From assembly GCA_947465765.1 (NCBI GenBank), contig CANIAP010000001.1, positions 9,349 through 73,348 of the forward strand: a stretch of DNA of 64,000 nt. Reading direction: 5' to 3'. Positions within the stretch are counted from its first letter, which is position 1. Each line of letters starts with the position of its first letter. This document shows, one piece after another, positions 27,791 to 36,879 of the stretch. The notes under the pieces are model-generated. The model saw only the letters and a program-made list of their open reading frames with translations. It was not told the origin of the DNA and did no database searches. The stretch comes from a bacterium (lineage in GTDB: Bacteria > Margulisbacteria > Marinamargulisbacteria > SXXA01). The position numbers and the translations under genes were made by a program.

Positions 27791-27992
27791 ATGCCCTATT
27801 CTCCTCTTTTTTTTACGAAGTAACAGTCTTAAAAGTACCGGCCCCCCCCTATGGGGTACCCGGGCTAAACGTGTGCACTTTATACGGGGGAGGGTGTAAA
27901 TGCTAGGAAAAAATTCTAATCGGATGTTTTGGCGGTGGGATCTTCGGGTATAATTGAACTATTCCAAAAATAGAAAACTATGGAGGTCTTTC

Positions 27993-28916
27993 GTGGCCGT
28001 TAGCTATGTTGTTTTATTAGAATCTCAATCGATGCTCCCTCTTTTTTTTGAGAAATTTCGCGAGATTTCGGTATCGAGAGGGGGCGAATCCGATGCGTTC
28101 GATGTGGTCGCTGACTCAAAAACGAAGTTGATTTTGTCGGGGGATATCGTTGGGTTTGTCATGTGGGATGGGCTGGATCCAGTGGGATTGGCGTGGGTAG
28201 AGCGGATGACGCCGACCTATGGGAGTATTCTGGTCTATACGGCTGGGCGAGAGTATCAGGCGGATCTGGTGAATTGGTTGGTGGATTCCAAGCTGGCGGT
28301 GGGTGTGATGGCCGAGTTACTTCATTTTGAAGTCGATGAGTCTATTTGTGACCTATTTCGCGCCCGAGGGTTGATGGAGATTCCGCGTCAGCGGATGGTG
28401 TGCCATTTGCCTGAAACTCTCGACTATCCTCAGATTCCGGATGGGTACACCTTGTTGCCCTTGAGTAATAAAACGGCGTTACAAGTTGCCAATCTCAGTG
28501 TTTCCGCCCATAAGGTCAGCGGTGACTATCGAGGATATCCTGACATGGAGACGGTAGAGGGGCGATTGCGTATGGAGCATTTGGTGCACTCTCAATTTTA
28601 TGGACCGCTCTGTCACCCTGCATCGGTGGGGCTCATGGTAGGTGATGAAATGCATAGTGTGATTCTCAATCTTTTAATTCCCTGCTGGGGTCAGGCAAAA
28701 ATGCCGTGGATCTATGATGTTGCAACCGCGACTGAGGCAATGGGGCGTGGTCTTGGCGAATGGATGCTTACCTATACCAAAGCCATCTTTGTGGATTTTA
28801 ATTTCACAATGTGGGGATTGGCGGTGTCTCAATGCAATGTGGGGGCGATTCGTGTGTATGAGCGGAATGGGTTCGTGGTGGTCGATACGTTTTCGGAGTT
28901 TTTGCAACACGCTTAG
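27993..28916 (+). CDS. GNAT-family N-acetyltransferase
   Basis: The C-terminal motif A region is RGLGEWMLTYTKAIF...VYERNGFVV. I placed the start at GTG 27993, which has GGAGG 6 nt upstream. The TTG at 27954 in the supplied ORF lies inside a TATAAT box. Confidence 0.6.
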   Translation: MAVSYVVLLESQSMLPLFFEKFREISVSRGGESDAFDVVADSKTKLILSGDIVGFVMWDGLDPVGLAWVERMTPTYGSILVYTAGREYQADLVNWLVDSKLAVGVMAELLHFEVDESICDLFRARGLMEIPRQRMVCHLPETLDYPQIPDGYTLLPLSNKTALQVANLSVSAHKVSGDYRGYPDMETVEGRLRMEHLVHSQFYGPLCHPASVGLMVGDEMHSVILNLLIPCWGQAKMPWIYDVATATEAMGRGLGEWMLTYTKAIFVDFNFTMWGLAVSQCNVGAIRVYERNGFVVVDTFSEFLQHA

Positions 28917-28954
28917 TCCCCCTTTAATGGGAGCTGTGGTACGATGCCGCGACC

Positions 28955-30364
28955 ATGGAATTGCGGGGAAAAGCATTTCGAAAAATACTAATCCAACGGG
29001 CGGATCGTTTGGGCGATGTGATCTTTACGTTGCCTGTCCTCAAATGGATCCGGATCCAATACCCTGGTGCTGAAATTCATTATTTGGCTTCCCCAAATCC
29101 GGCGGAATTTTTAGCGACACAGTCGCTAGTCGATCAGGTTCATAGTGTGAATTCTGATATGGGGTGGATGGATGTTTTAACGCTTGCACGGTCGTTGCGA
29201 CGGCAGTCATTCGACTTATATATATCATTATGGAACGACCCGAAGATGGCTTCGTTGGGGTGGTTGGCAAATATTCCGGTTCGAATCGGTGATTCAACCA
29301 ATCAAAGCATCGGATGGGTGTATACCCATACCGTTCGGCAACGGTGGGAATGCGTAGCGACCCATCAAATTGAATTTAATATGCAATTACTGATGCCGTT
29401 GGGGTGGCGCGCTAAGGCGGGATGGTCCTGGCATATGGACGTGGATTCGACAGCGTTGCGTATTGTTGAGGAATTGGTGACCGATGCGAATGAATCAGCG
29501 ATGTCGGTGGTCACTTTCTTTTGTGGGACGGGGGGCTCGAATGTACCCATTCCGGATTCGGTGATTATTGCGGCAGTGGAACAATTGTCGGAGGATGCGT
29601 GCGTGGTTCTTTTGGGACAGGTGGAGGCGGGTTCTCCCCTGCGGTCGTTGACGATTACCGGGGGGATTAATCGGCTGAATCAAACGACAGTTTCTGAACT
29701 AGTGGCGTGGATTTCAGTGTCTGATGTGGTGATTGGCGCAGATACCGGGCCCATCCATATTGCGGCGGCGTTAGGACGATCGATTGTCTTTTGTCCGGTT
29801 CGAAAATCTAACTTGCCGACTCGATTTGGTCCGTGGACTCCCCATGTCGAGATCCTTCGTCGGGACTATTTGTGCCGGACGGTGCCGCCGCATGTCTGTT
29901 TGGACCCAGACTGCGAAGCACTCCCTCGGGCGAGCGATATTGTTGGGGCGGTCGAACGGTTATTGGATGGGCATGATCCCATGGGGTATCGCATGTTAAA
30001 GACGTTGTTTTTAAAGGAATCGATTCGTATTTTGGTGATTGTAAAATCGCCAGTCCATCGTCATGCCATGATGCGTTTGGCTAAGCGGTGGCGATCCACT
30101 GGCCTTGTCATTATCCCTGTCCTTCAGCCGCATGTGTCCGTGTTCGACACGGTTCAACTCTGTTTGCGATATAACACATTAGTGGTCGTGTGTGCCGATA
30201 TGCCGAGGTGGAAGATAGGGGCCGTCCGCCTTGTCATTGGGATCGGATATCAATATCTGCCTCCTGTTGTAGCGCGCATTGCATTATCGGTGAATGAAGA
30301 CGAAACGGTGTTTTTGGGGTGGGTTGAAGACTGGCTAATGGCCGGTAGCGGAGTAGCGGTATGA
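28955..30364 (+). CDS. GT9 glycosyltransferase (ADP-heptose:LPS heptosyltransferase family) with a ~120-aa C-terminal extension
   Basis: N-terminus RILIQRADRLGDVIFTLPVLKWIR, and GADTGPIHIAAALGRSIV near the C-terminus of the GT9 fold. Another ~120 aa follow with no GT9 similarity. Confidence 0.7.
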   Translation: MELRGKAFRKILIQRADRLGDVIFTLPVLKWIRIQYPGAEIHYLASPNPAEFLATQSLVDQVHSVNSDMGWMDVLTLARSLRRQSFDLYISLWNDPKMASLGWLANIPVRIGDSTNQSIGWVYTHTVRQRWECVATHQIEFNMQLLMPLGWRAKAGWSWHMDVDSTALRIVEELVTDANESAMSVVTFFCGTGGSNVPIPDSVIIAAVEQLSEDACVVLLGQVEAGSPLRSLTITGGINRLNQTTVSELVAWISVSDVVIGADTGPIHIAAALGRSIVFCPVRKSNLPTRFGPWTPHVEILRRDYLCRTVPPHVCLDPDCEALPRASDIVGAVERLLDGHDPMGYRMLKTLFLKESIRILVIVKSPVHRHAMMRLAKRWRSTGLVIIPVLQPHVSVFDTVQLCLRYNTLVVVCADMPRWKIGAVRLVIGIGYQYLPPVVARIALSVNEDETVFLGWVEDWLMAGSGVAV

Positions 30365-31833
30365 GAATATTATTAGTTCGGCCGGATGCAATAGGGGACG
30401 TCGTATTAATGGTTCCCCTTCTCAATACCATTCGACAGGCGTATCCAGATGCCGAGATTTATACACTCCAGCAACCGTATACGATCCCGTTACTTCAAGA
30501 TCATCCGTCGGTAACGGCTATTATTCCGGATTGGAGAAAAATTCGACGGTCGCGGGGTATCAAGGGGTTTTTGGCCTATTCTCGGTATTTACGATCGTTT
30601 GGATTTGATATGGCGTTTTTTCCGTACCTGGAGCCGTACTATGTGTTTTTGGCGATTGCCGCAGGGATCTCGACGAGAGTCGGGGATCGAAATAAGATTT
30701 TTCTAAGACCCTTTCTGACCCATTCGGTTCCTTTGAATTTTCGGAATTTGGTTTTGCATGAATCTCAACAGTCGGCCCATTTGGTTTGGGGAGTTAAGCC
30801 GGAGGCGATGTTGGATTTGACGATGAATTTGAGTGTGTCGGATACGGACCGGGAATTGGCCATGGTCGCGTTGACGGAGGCTGGCGGAGACCCTGCATTG
30901 CCGTATATCGTCATTCATCCGCGATCGGGGGGGGGGAACCGTCCGTGGCTTCCGGCTAAATACGCGGCACTGATTGATCATTTAATGGACCGGTCGGAGT
31001 ATCAGATTGTATTGACGGGATCGGGGCCAAAAGAAATTCAAGTGATTTCGGATATTCGGAATTTTACACGTCATTCTTTTGTCGATATTTCAGGAAAAAC
31101 GCCGCTAAGGGTGTTGATGGGATTAATTTCTCAGGCGACGGTTGTCATTGGGACAGATACCGGTCCGACTCACATTGCGGCTGCGTTGGGGGTTCCGGTT
31201 GTCAGCGTGTCGCCCACAAAATTTGTGAAGGCGTTGCGGTGGGGTCCATGGCGAACGCCCAACCGAGTGGTGAGCGAGTCTCAAGCCTGCGCATTAGTGT
31301 GTCGTCCGTATAAGTGTAAGAAAAATATTTGTTTAGATGCCATTGATAGCTATCGGGTGAGTGACGCGGTCCTCAGTGTTGCCCTTGAAGCGCCGGGGGG
31401 CGTTAATTCAATTCCGACCAAGCATCGGTGGATACAGACCGGTATGCATACCATGGTGTATTGGGCGGGACGAGAGTCCCAACTCCAAGTCGTGGTGGAT
31501 CAATATAATGCGCTTAAGCGCAACGGGTTTGTGGTGCACCTAGGGACAAGATCTTGGCGCTTTAGGCGATCGTTAGCGGCGGCATTAGGAATCGAATCCG
31601 ATGGGATTGCCGTTATGCCTCCGTTTGATTGGGTGGGGATGGTGTGGGCGTTGATGACCCACGATATTACGGTGGTTTTTGTGGTGGGGCCGGTGGTCGG
31701 ATGGTACTGGTTTTGGGTCCGTCAAATTTGCGCCTTGCGACAATACTGTCCGCCGGTAGCATTGGGAATTTCAACCCCGTCGGGGTCGATGGACGAGATC
31801 GTTTTGCAGATTACCGCAGGGGTATATCCTTAG
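30361..31833 (+). CDS. GT9 glycosyltransferase paralogue with a ~150-aa hydrophobic C-terminal extension; contains an in-frame G10 tract
   Basis: MRILLVRPDAIGDVVLMVPLLNTI ... GTDTGPTHIAAALGVPVV. The start overlaps the previous stop (ATGA). The G10 at 30937-30946 encodes S-G-G-G. Confidence 0.7.
   Translation: MRILLVRPDAIGDVVLMVPLLNTIRQAYPDAEIYTLQQPYTIPLLQDHPSVTAIIPDWRKIRRSRGIKGFLAYSRYLRSFGFDMAFFPYLEPYYVFLAIAAGISTRVGDRNKIFLRPFLTHSVPLNFRNLVLHESQQSAHLVWGVKPEAMLDLTMNLSVSDTDRELAMVALTEAGGDPALPYIVIHPRSGGGNRPWLPAKYAALIDHLMDRSEYQIVLTGSGPKEIQVISDIRNFTRHSFVDISGKTPLRVLMGLISQATVVIGTDTGPTHIAAALGVPVVSVSPTKFVKALRWGPWRTPNRVVSESQACALVCRPYKCKKNICLDAIDSYRVSDAVLSVALEAPGGVNSIPTKHRWIQTGMHTMVYWAGRESQLQVVVDQYNALKRNGFVVHLGTRSWRFRRSLAAALGIESDGIAVMPPFDWVGMVWALMTHDITVVFVVGPVVGWYWFWVRQICALRQYCPPVALGISTPSGSMDEIVLQITAGVYP
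30937..30946. repeat. G10 homopolymeric tract inside the GT9 #2 coding sequence
   Basis: Counted directly: tcGGGGGGGGGGaac. Confidence 0.9.
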
Positions 31834-32726
31834 GCGCCTAAAAGTCCTGACAGGTAATAATATTCTTTCAGAAACCAGGTCCCAAACCGACGCGTCCATC
31901 CGGGGGTGCCTTCGTGCCATCGTGTCATTGCTCGAATAATCCAACCGGTTGGCGATGTGGTCCGATAGACCCAGACTGACAGGGGATTTAATCCTAAAAA
32001 CCATTTCAGTTCAGGGTGTTTTCGAAGCATTATTTGAGCCGATTCTCCCTTTTTGATATTTCGTTTGATCTCATCGTTTTCGGAGACAACGTGATAATGG
32101 TAATTGATAGCGGATTTAAGGTATCGGAGAGGAACCTTTTTTTGTTGGAGTCGATACCCTAATTCAAGGTCTTCCCACCCATATCCCAAAAATTCTATGT
32201 CAAACCCGTTTTCCTCGGTAAACAGTGATTTAGGAAACGAGAGATTGCCGGTGAGAAAATAATACCAACCGAGTGAAGCGCCATCGGCCAATGACCGGGT
32301 GATGTAGGGGAATACCTTGGCGGGCTGGGGGGGCCAATGTAATTCGGTCATATTTAAGGTCGCCCCTTCAAAACAGGTGGGGGTGGACGCCGATTGATGT
32401 GCCTTAATATGGGTCGCGATGAAGTCGGGCCCTGGGATCATGTCGGCGTCGGTGATAATGATGATGTCGGAATTTGATTCGGCGACGCCACGGTTTCTTG
32501 CCCCTGATTTCCCTTGGTTTTCCTGAATAATTCCATGGAATTGGAATAGAGCGTCGAATTGAGAAAAGAGTGTTGCGGTTCCATCGGTGGACCCCGAATC
32601 AACGACAATGACTTCGAATAGTTCAAGTGGGCAGGTTTGTTGGTTGTACCCGTCAAGGACTCGTTCTAAAACGGGGGCTTGGTTAAACGTGCCGATTACA
32701 ACACTGATTTGAATTGGCGGTGTCAT
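31830..32726 (-). CDS. GT2-family glycosyltransferase
   Basis: ISVVIGTFNQ...DADM with DxD-type motifs. I placed the start at the Met giving MTPPIQISVVIGTFNQ (32726), which leaves a 60-bp divergent spacer to purL. Confidence 0.7.
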   Translation of the reverse strand: MTPPIQISVVIGTFNQAPVLERVLDGYNQQTCPLELFEVIVVDSGSTDGTATLFSQFDALFQFHGIIQENQGKSGARNRGVAESNSDIIIITDADMIPGPDFIATHIKAHQSASTPTCFEGATLNMTELHWPPQPAKVFPYITRSLADGASLGWYYFLTGNLSFPKSLFTEENGFDIEFLGYGWEDLELGYRLQQKKVPLRYLKSAINYHYHVVSENDEIKRNIKKGESAQIMLRKHPELKWFLGLNPLSVWVYRTTSPTGWIIRAMTRWHEGTPGWTRRFGTWFLKEYYYLSGLLGA

Positions 32727-32786
32727 AGGGGGCGCACTATAACATTGTTGTTGCGACGGGGTCACACCCTTCGGTATCATGGGGAA

Positions 32787-35033
32787 ATGACATTATCTCA
32801 AGCTGATTTTTCTTCTATTTTTACGCTCCTAAATCGCGAACCTACACCCGTAGAGACCCATATTTTTGATGCCATGTGGTCAGAACATTGTTCTTATAAA
32901 AGTAGTAAATCTGTCCTTAAGGCGCATCTTCCTATTCAGGGATCAGAAGTGGCCTTGGGCATTGGAGAGGATTCTGGAATTATTCGGTTTGTTGTTCATG
33001 ACGGACGCCAATATTGTTTGGCGGTGTCCCATGAATCTCATAATCATCCGTCCCAAATTCTGCCGATTGAAGGCGCGGCGACAGGCGTCGGCGGGGTGGT
33101 ACGGGATGTGTATTGTATGGGGGCGGATGTCATTGGCGTCCTGAACTCATTGCATTTTGGATTGAGTGACGATCCTCAATCGGTGGTGCACACCATCGCT
33201 AAAAACGTCATCATCGGGGTGTCCGACTATGCGAATCCGTTAGGGGTCCCGGTGCTGGGTGGAGAGACGGTGTATCACCCATCGTATAACGATAATTGTT
33301 TAGTGAACGTTGCGGCGATTGGCCTGATTGATGAGGCCGATATTATTCACAGCTATGTTCCAGTTGAAGCCAAAACGGAGCCCTACGATGTCATTCTGTT
33401 TGGTAAAAGTACGGATGCGACAGGGTTTGGCGGTGCCAGTTTTTCGTCATCGACTCTTGATAAAGAAAATGACATTAAAAACGTTGGAGCGGTTCAGGTT
33501 CATGATCCGTTTTTAAAACGGGTACTTGTTGAGGCAATTAAACAGTTGTTGCAGGTGGTAAAGGCTAAAAAAATTCCGATTGGCTTTAAAGACTTAGGGG
33601 CGGGCGGTATCTGTTGTGCGACCTCAGAAATTGCCGTGGCTGGGGGAATGGGGGTTGAAATTGACCTGGATCTCGTGAATGTTGCGATTCCAGATCTTAA
33701 ACCGGAAGTGATTGCCTGTTCAGAGACGCAGGAACGCTTTTGCCTGGTGGTCCCACGAACTTTTTCCCAAGAAGTGCTCGATATATTTAATAAACAGTTT
33801 GCTTTGCCTGAGATTTATCCTGCGTCAGGCGCCGTGGTTATTGGACATGTCATCCCGGAAGGGCGATTTATTGTTCGACATAAAGGCCAGCTCGTTGCAG
33901 ATTTGCCGGTGGCGGCGATAACGACCGAAGTGAAAGCTGAACGTCACGCTCAATCAAGGCCGATTGCACGGAACGCCCAGCACTCTGTAACGTTGAGCTC
34001 GGATGGCCATCGGGCGATTGCGCTTAAGTTAATGGGGCTGCCGAATATGCGATCAAAGCGGTATGTCTATCGGTTTTTTGATAATGCGGTTCGGGGGGAT
34101 ACGATCGTTTATCCTGGTGAGGCGGATTCCGTCCTTGTGACTCCGATTGAAGGCTGCGATGCGGCAGTCGCAGTCAGTATGGATTCTAATCTGTATGGGA
34201 AGTGTGACCCGTATGTGAGCGGCGCCTATGCCGTGGCAGAGGCGGTCCGCAATGTGATCGCGGTGGGGGCAAGGCCATTATGTGTGACCGATTGCTTGAA
34301 CTATGGAAATCCCGAAAATCCCAGTGCGTTTTTTGACTTTGTTGAAGGCGTGAAAGGGATTGGGGATGCCTCCCGTGCCTTTGGGTTTATTGATGGCGAA
34401 GCGTTACCTGTGATTTCGGGTAACGTGAGTTTATATAACGAATCTAAAACGGGCAGTGCGGTGATTTCGTCTCCAGTCATTGTGGTGATCGGCCGAGTGG
34501 ATAATTATCACCGCGCAGTCACCTTGCAATTGTCCGAACCCGGATTGCGATTGATTCGGGTAGGCTCTGCCTATTCCGAATTTGGAGGGACTCAAGTTCA
34601 AGAGATGGTGTCTGATCTTAATGCAGTTGCTCCTCAGGTGCGATTTGAGGATGAATCACGAGCCAATCGTGCGGTGTTGGCAGCGATCAATGACGGGCTT
34701 GTGTCTGCGGCTCATGACATTTCGGGCGGCGGCGCGCTCGGGGCGGTTCTTGAAATGTGCTTGGGGCAATTGGGCGACTCGCGGGTCGGTATCGAATTGA
34801 CGATTTCAGGGGATCCTCTGACGGCGTTATATTCGGAAAATGGGGGCTATGTCATCGCGGTTCGTCCCGACAATCTACTGGCGTTTGAGTCACTCATGGC
34901 GGCTCAAGGGCAATTAATAGAAGACATCGGACAGACAGTTGCGGCATTGTCGGCGACGGTAGGCTGTGGGCCCGTTCGGTTTTCAATACCGTTAACGGAT
35001 GTTAAATCCCAGTGGAGGCCAGAGATTCAATGA
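32787..35033 (+). CDS. purL: Phosphoribosylformylglycinamidine synthase subunit PurL (FGAM synthase II)
   Basis: FDAMWSEHCSYKSSK, ESHNHPS and GAATGVGG are conserved. Start at MTLSQADF. Confidence 0.9.
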   Translation: MTLSQADFSSIFTLLNREPTPVETHIFDAMWSEHCSYKSSKSVLKAHLPIQGSEVALGIGEDSGIIRFVVHDGRQYCLAVSHESHNHPSQILPIEGAATGVGGVVRDVYCMGADVIGVLNSLHFGLSDDPQSVVHTIAKNVIIGVSDYANPLGVPVLGGETVYHPSYNDNCLVNVAAIGLIDEADIIHSYVPVEAKTEPYDVILFGKSTDATGFGGASFSSSTLDKENDIKNVGAVQVHDPFLKRVLVEAIKQLLQVVKAKKIPIGFKDLGAGGICCATSEIAVAGGMGVEIDLDLVNVAIPDLKPEVIACSETQERFCLVVPRTFSQEVLDIFNKQFALPEIYPASGAVVIGHVIPEGRFIVRHKGQLVADLPVAAITTEVKAERHAQSRPIARNAQHSVTLSSDGHRAIALKLMGLPNMRSKRYVYRFFDNAVRGDTIVYPGEADSVLVTPIEGCDAAVAVSMDSNLYGKCDPYVSGAYAVAEAVRNVIAVGARPLCVTDCLNYGNPENPSAFFDFVEGVKGIGDASRAFGFIDGEALPVISGNVSLYNESKTGSAVISSPVIVVIGRVDNYHRAVTLQLSEPGLRLIRVGSAYSEFGGTQVQEMVSDLNAVAPQVRFEDESRANRAVLAAINDGLVSAAHDISGGGALGAVLEMCLGQLGDSRVGIELTISGDPLTALYSENGGYVIAVRPDNLLAFESLMAAQGQLIEDIGQTVAALSATVGCGPVRFSIPLTDVKSQWRPEIQ

Positions 35034-35977
35034 AGCGTGCACTTATTATAGGGGTGATTCTTGGCGTTTTAGGGTTCGGGACGGGCCGTATATGGTGTGA
35101 GACAGTGGATTCTTCACATCGGACGGTGGCTCGTGAGGATTTTGAATCTAAATATAGAGATGGCATGCAGATGGAACAGTTGCGGCTCTTCCCTCAGGCA
35201 AAAGGAATCTATGTCGATATCGGTCGCCAATTTATTCGGATGTCGGAGACGGGTCGTTCAAAAGAGGCGCTACTGACTCAATTGCCGGTGGTATTGAGTG
35301 CCGTGTATCGGATGGGAATCGTGACGGCCCGCGATAACTACTACAACGTACATCCATTGGTTTACCAATTGGATTCCTTTCAGGATACCCAAACCGTGAT
35401 TGATCAGGTTCTCACTATTATGGGCGATCTTCGGCGGCAGGGGTTGGTCGGGAGATCGCTTTATGAAAGTTTGTATTTTTCAAGGGCGTTTAATCGGGTT
35501 GCATGGGCGAATAAATTGTTAATTGGGACGGCTTGGAAAAATTATGTTATTTGTCCGCCGACGGATGTGATCGGAATGATGTCGATGGCCATGTTGGATT
35601 TGGACCAATTGCTAGTACTTCAGGATCTCCCCCCGAGTTTGAAAGCAATGGCGATTCCTACCAAGGATAAAGATCCTGCTCAAATGATCAACGATAGGTA
35701 CGCGGATAAGTTTAAACAGCTGCCGAAGGATTCTCTAGAAATGAAAATGTATCGATTTATGAATTTTGAGGAGGATCCAGCTAATTTAGCTCGATTAACC
35801 TCAAAGAGGACGCTCAATCAGGTCTATGGAGTACTTGAGTATTACAATATGCCCGAAACACAGCAAATGATTGCATTGGGCAAAACAAATTACACTTTAG
35901 AACGGATCTTATCCAAGGATAATCAGCCGTTTTTTAAGGTATATGAACAATTAGTCACAATGATCGGGATTTATTAG
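35030..35977 (+). CDS. Hypothetical secreted/lipoprotein-like protein
   Basis: Signal-peptide-like MKRALIIGVILGVLGFG; the start overlaps the purL stop. No recognisable domain. Confidence 0.4.
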   Translation: MKRALIIGVILGVLGFGTGRIWCETVDSSHRTVAREDFESKYRDGMQMEQLRLFPQAKGIYVDIGRQFIRMSETGRSKEALLTQLPVVLSAVYRMGIVTARDNYYNVHPLVYQLDSFQDTQTVIDQVLTIMGDLRRQGLVGRSLYESLYFSRAFNRVAWANKLLIGTAWKNYVICPPTDVIGMMSMAMLDLDQLLVLQDLPPSLKAMAIPTKDKDPAQMINDRYADKFKQLPKDSLEMKMYRFMNFEEDPANLARLTSKRTLNQVYGVLEYYNMPETQQMIALGKTNYTLERILSKDNQPFFKVYEQLVTMIGIY

Positions 35978-35996
35978 GTCGGCAGAGCTGGTTTGG

Positions 35997-36644
35997 CTAT
36001 GCCGATGTGGCGTTGACGCTACACAGACACTGATTAACAAATAGCTGTAGTTTTTCTGACGAATTAATGAGCGACGACGGAATGGCCGTTTCAGACGGAA
36101 TTTGAAGGGTTTTAATTTGCGGGAAGTGCCGATAGATATCTTTCATAAATACCGAGTACCCATTGCTTATGGCGGTAAGGGCTGAGTCGCGTAGGTCAGC
36201 GTGGGCCACTTCTTGAACAACGGGGACGAGATGGCCCGTTTCCAATGGGTGGATCAGTAGATGCTCCATTTTTTTCCTGAAGCGAGAGAGTGCAAGCGAC
36301 TGCTCAATAATGGCGTCGAGTGTGGTGATGTCCTGTACATATTCGCTGGCACCAGCGTCAATACATAATTGTCTCTCGTTCGGGGTATTTTGCTCAGACA
36401 CTACAATGAAATCGGGCAATGTGCTGATCTCAATAAATGAATGGAGCTGTTCATGTGTGTATTTTGCTTTTTGATTTAGACAATAAATAACCACTCGGAT
36501 GCGATAGCTTAATGATCGAAATTCGGGCATCAAGTCCGACGGGCTCTCAAACTCGATGATGTCATAAGTCGTTCCCAAAATACCGGCGATAATCGCACGT
36601 TCCTTAGGGTCTGTATTCAATAATGCAATCAATGGTCGGCCCAT
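35997..36644 (-). CDS. Hypothetical protein with a receiver-like (pseudo-REC) fold lacking the phospho-acceptor Asp
   Basis: Alternating beta-alpha pattern LIALLNTD...IRVVIYCLNQ...FIVVSEQ, reminiscent of CheY, but the DD/D/T/K positions are substituted. Confidence 0.3.
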   Translation of the reverse strand: MGRPLIALLNTDPKERAIIAGILGTTYDIIEFESPSDLMPEFRSLSYRIRVVIYCLNQKAKYTHEQLHSFIEISTLPDFIVVSEQNTPNERQLCIDAGASEYVQDITTLDAIIEQSLALSRFRKKMEHLLIHPLETGHLVPVVQEVAHADLRDSALTAISNGYSVFMKDIYRHFPQIKTLQIPSETAIPSSLINSSEKLQLFVNQCLCSVNATSA

Positions 36645-36879
36645 GATGCCCCACCTTTTCCCTTTTTTAAAACCTTAAAGACCAGTTTCAAGGATTAAGT
36701 GTAACAGCATAGGCCTCAGTGGGCGATAAAAAGTTAAGATATTTTTCTTGGACGATGATTGAAGGTGGGTATATTAGACTATGCTCCCGCCGCGATTTGA
36801 AATCCGGGTTTAATTTTGGAACGGGTATACATTTTAAAACTTGGTCTAAACCTTAAAAGGCCGATATACTGATCCGGTT

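Noticed and set aside
27954-27992. TTG start of the GNAT ORF at 27954
   Set aside because: It overlaps a TATAAT box and has no RBS. An in-frame GTG at 27993 has GGAGG 6 nt upstream.
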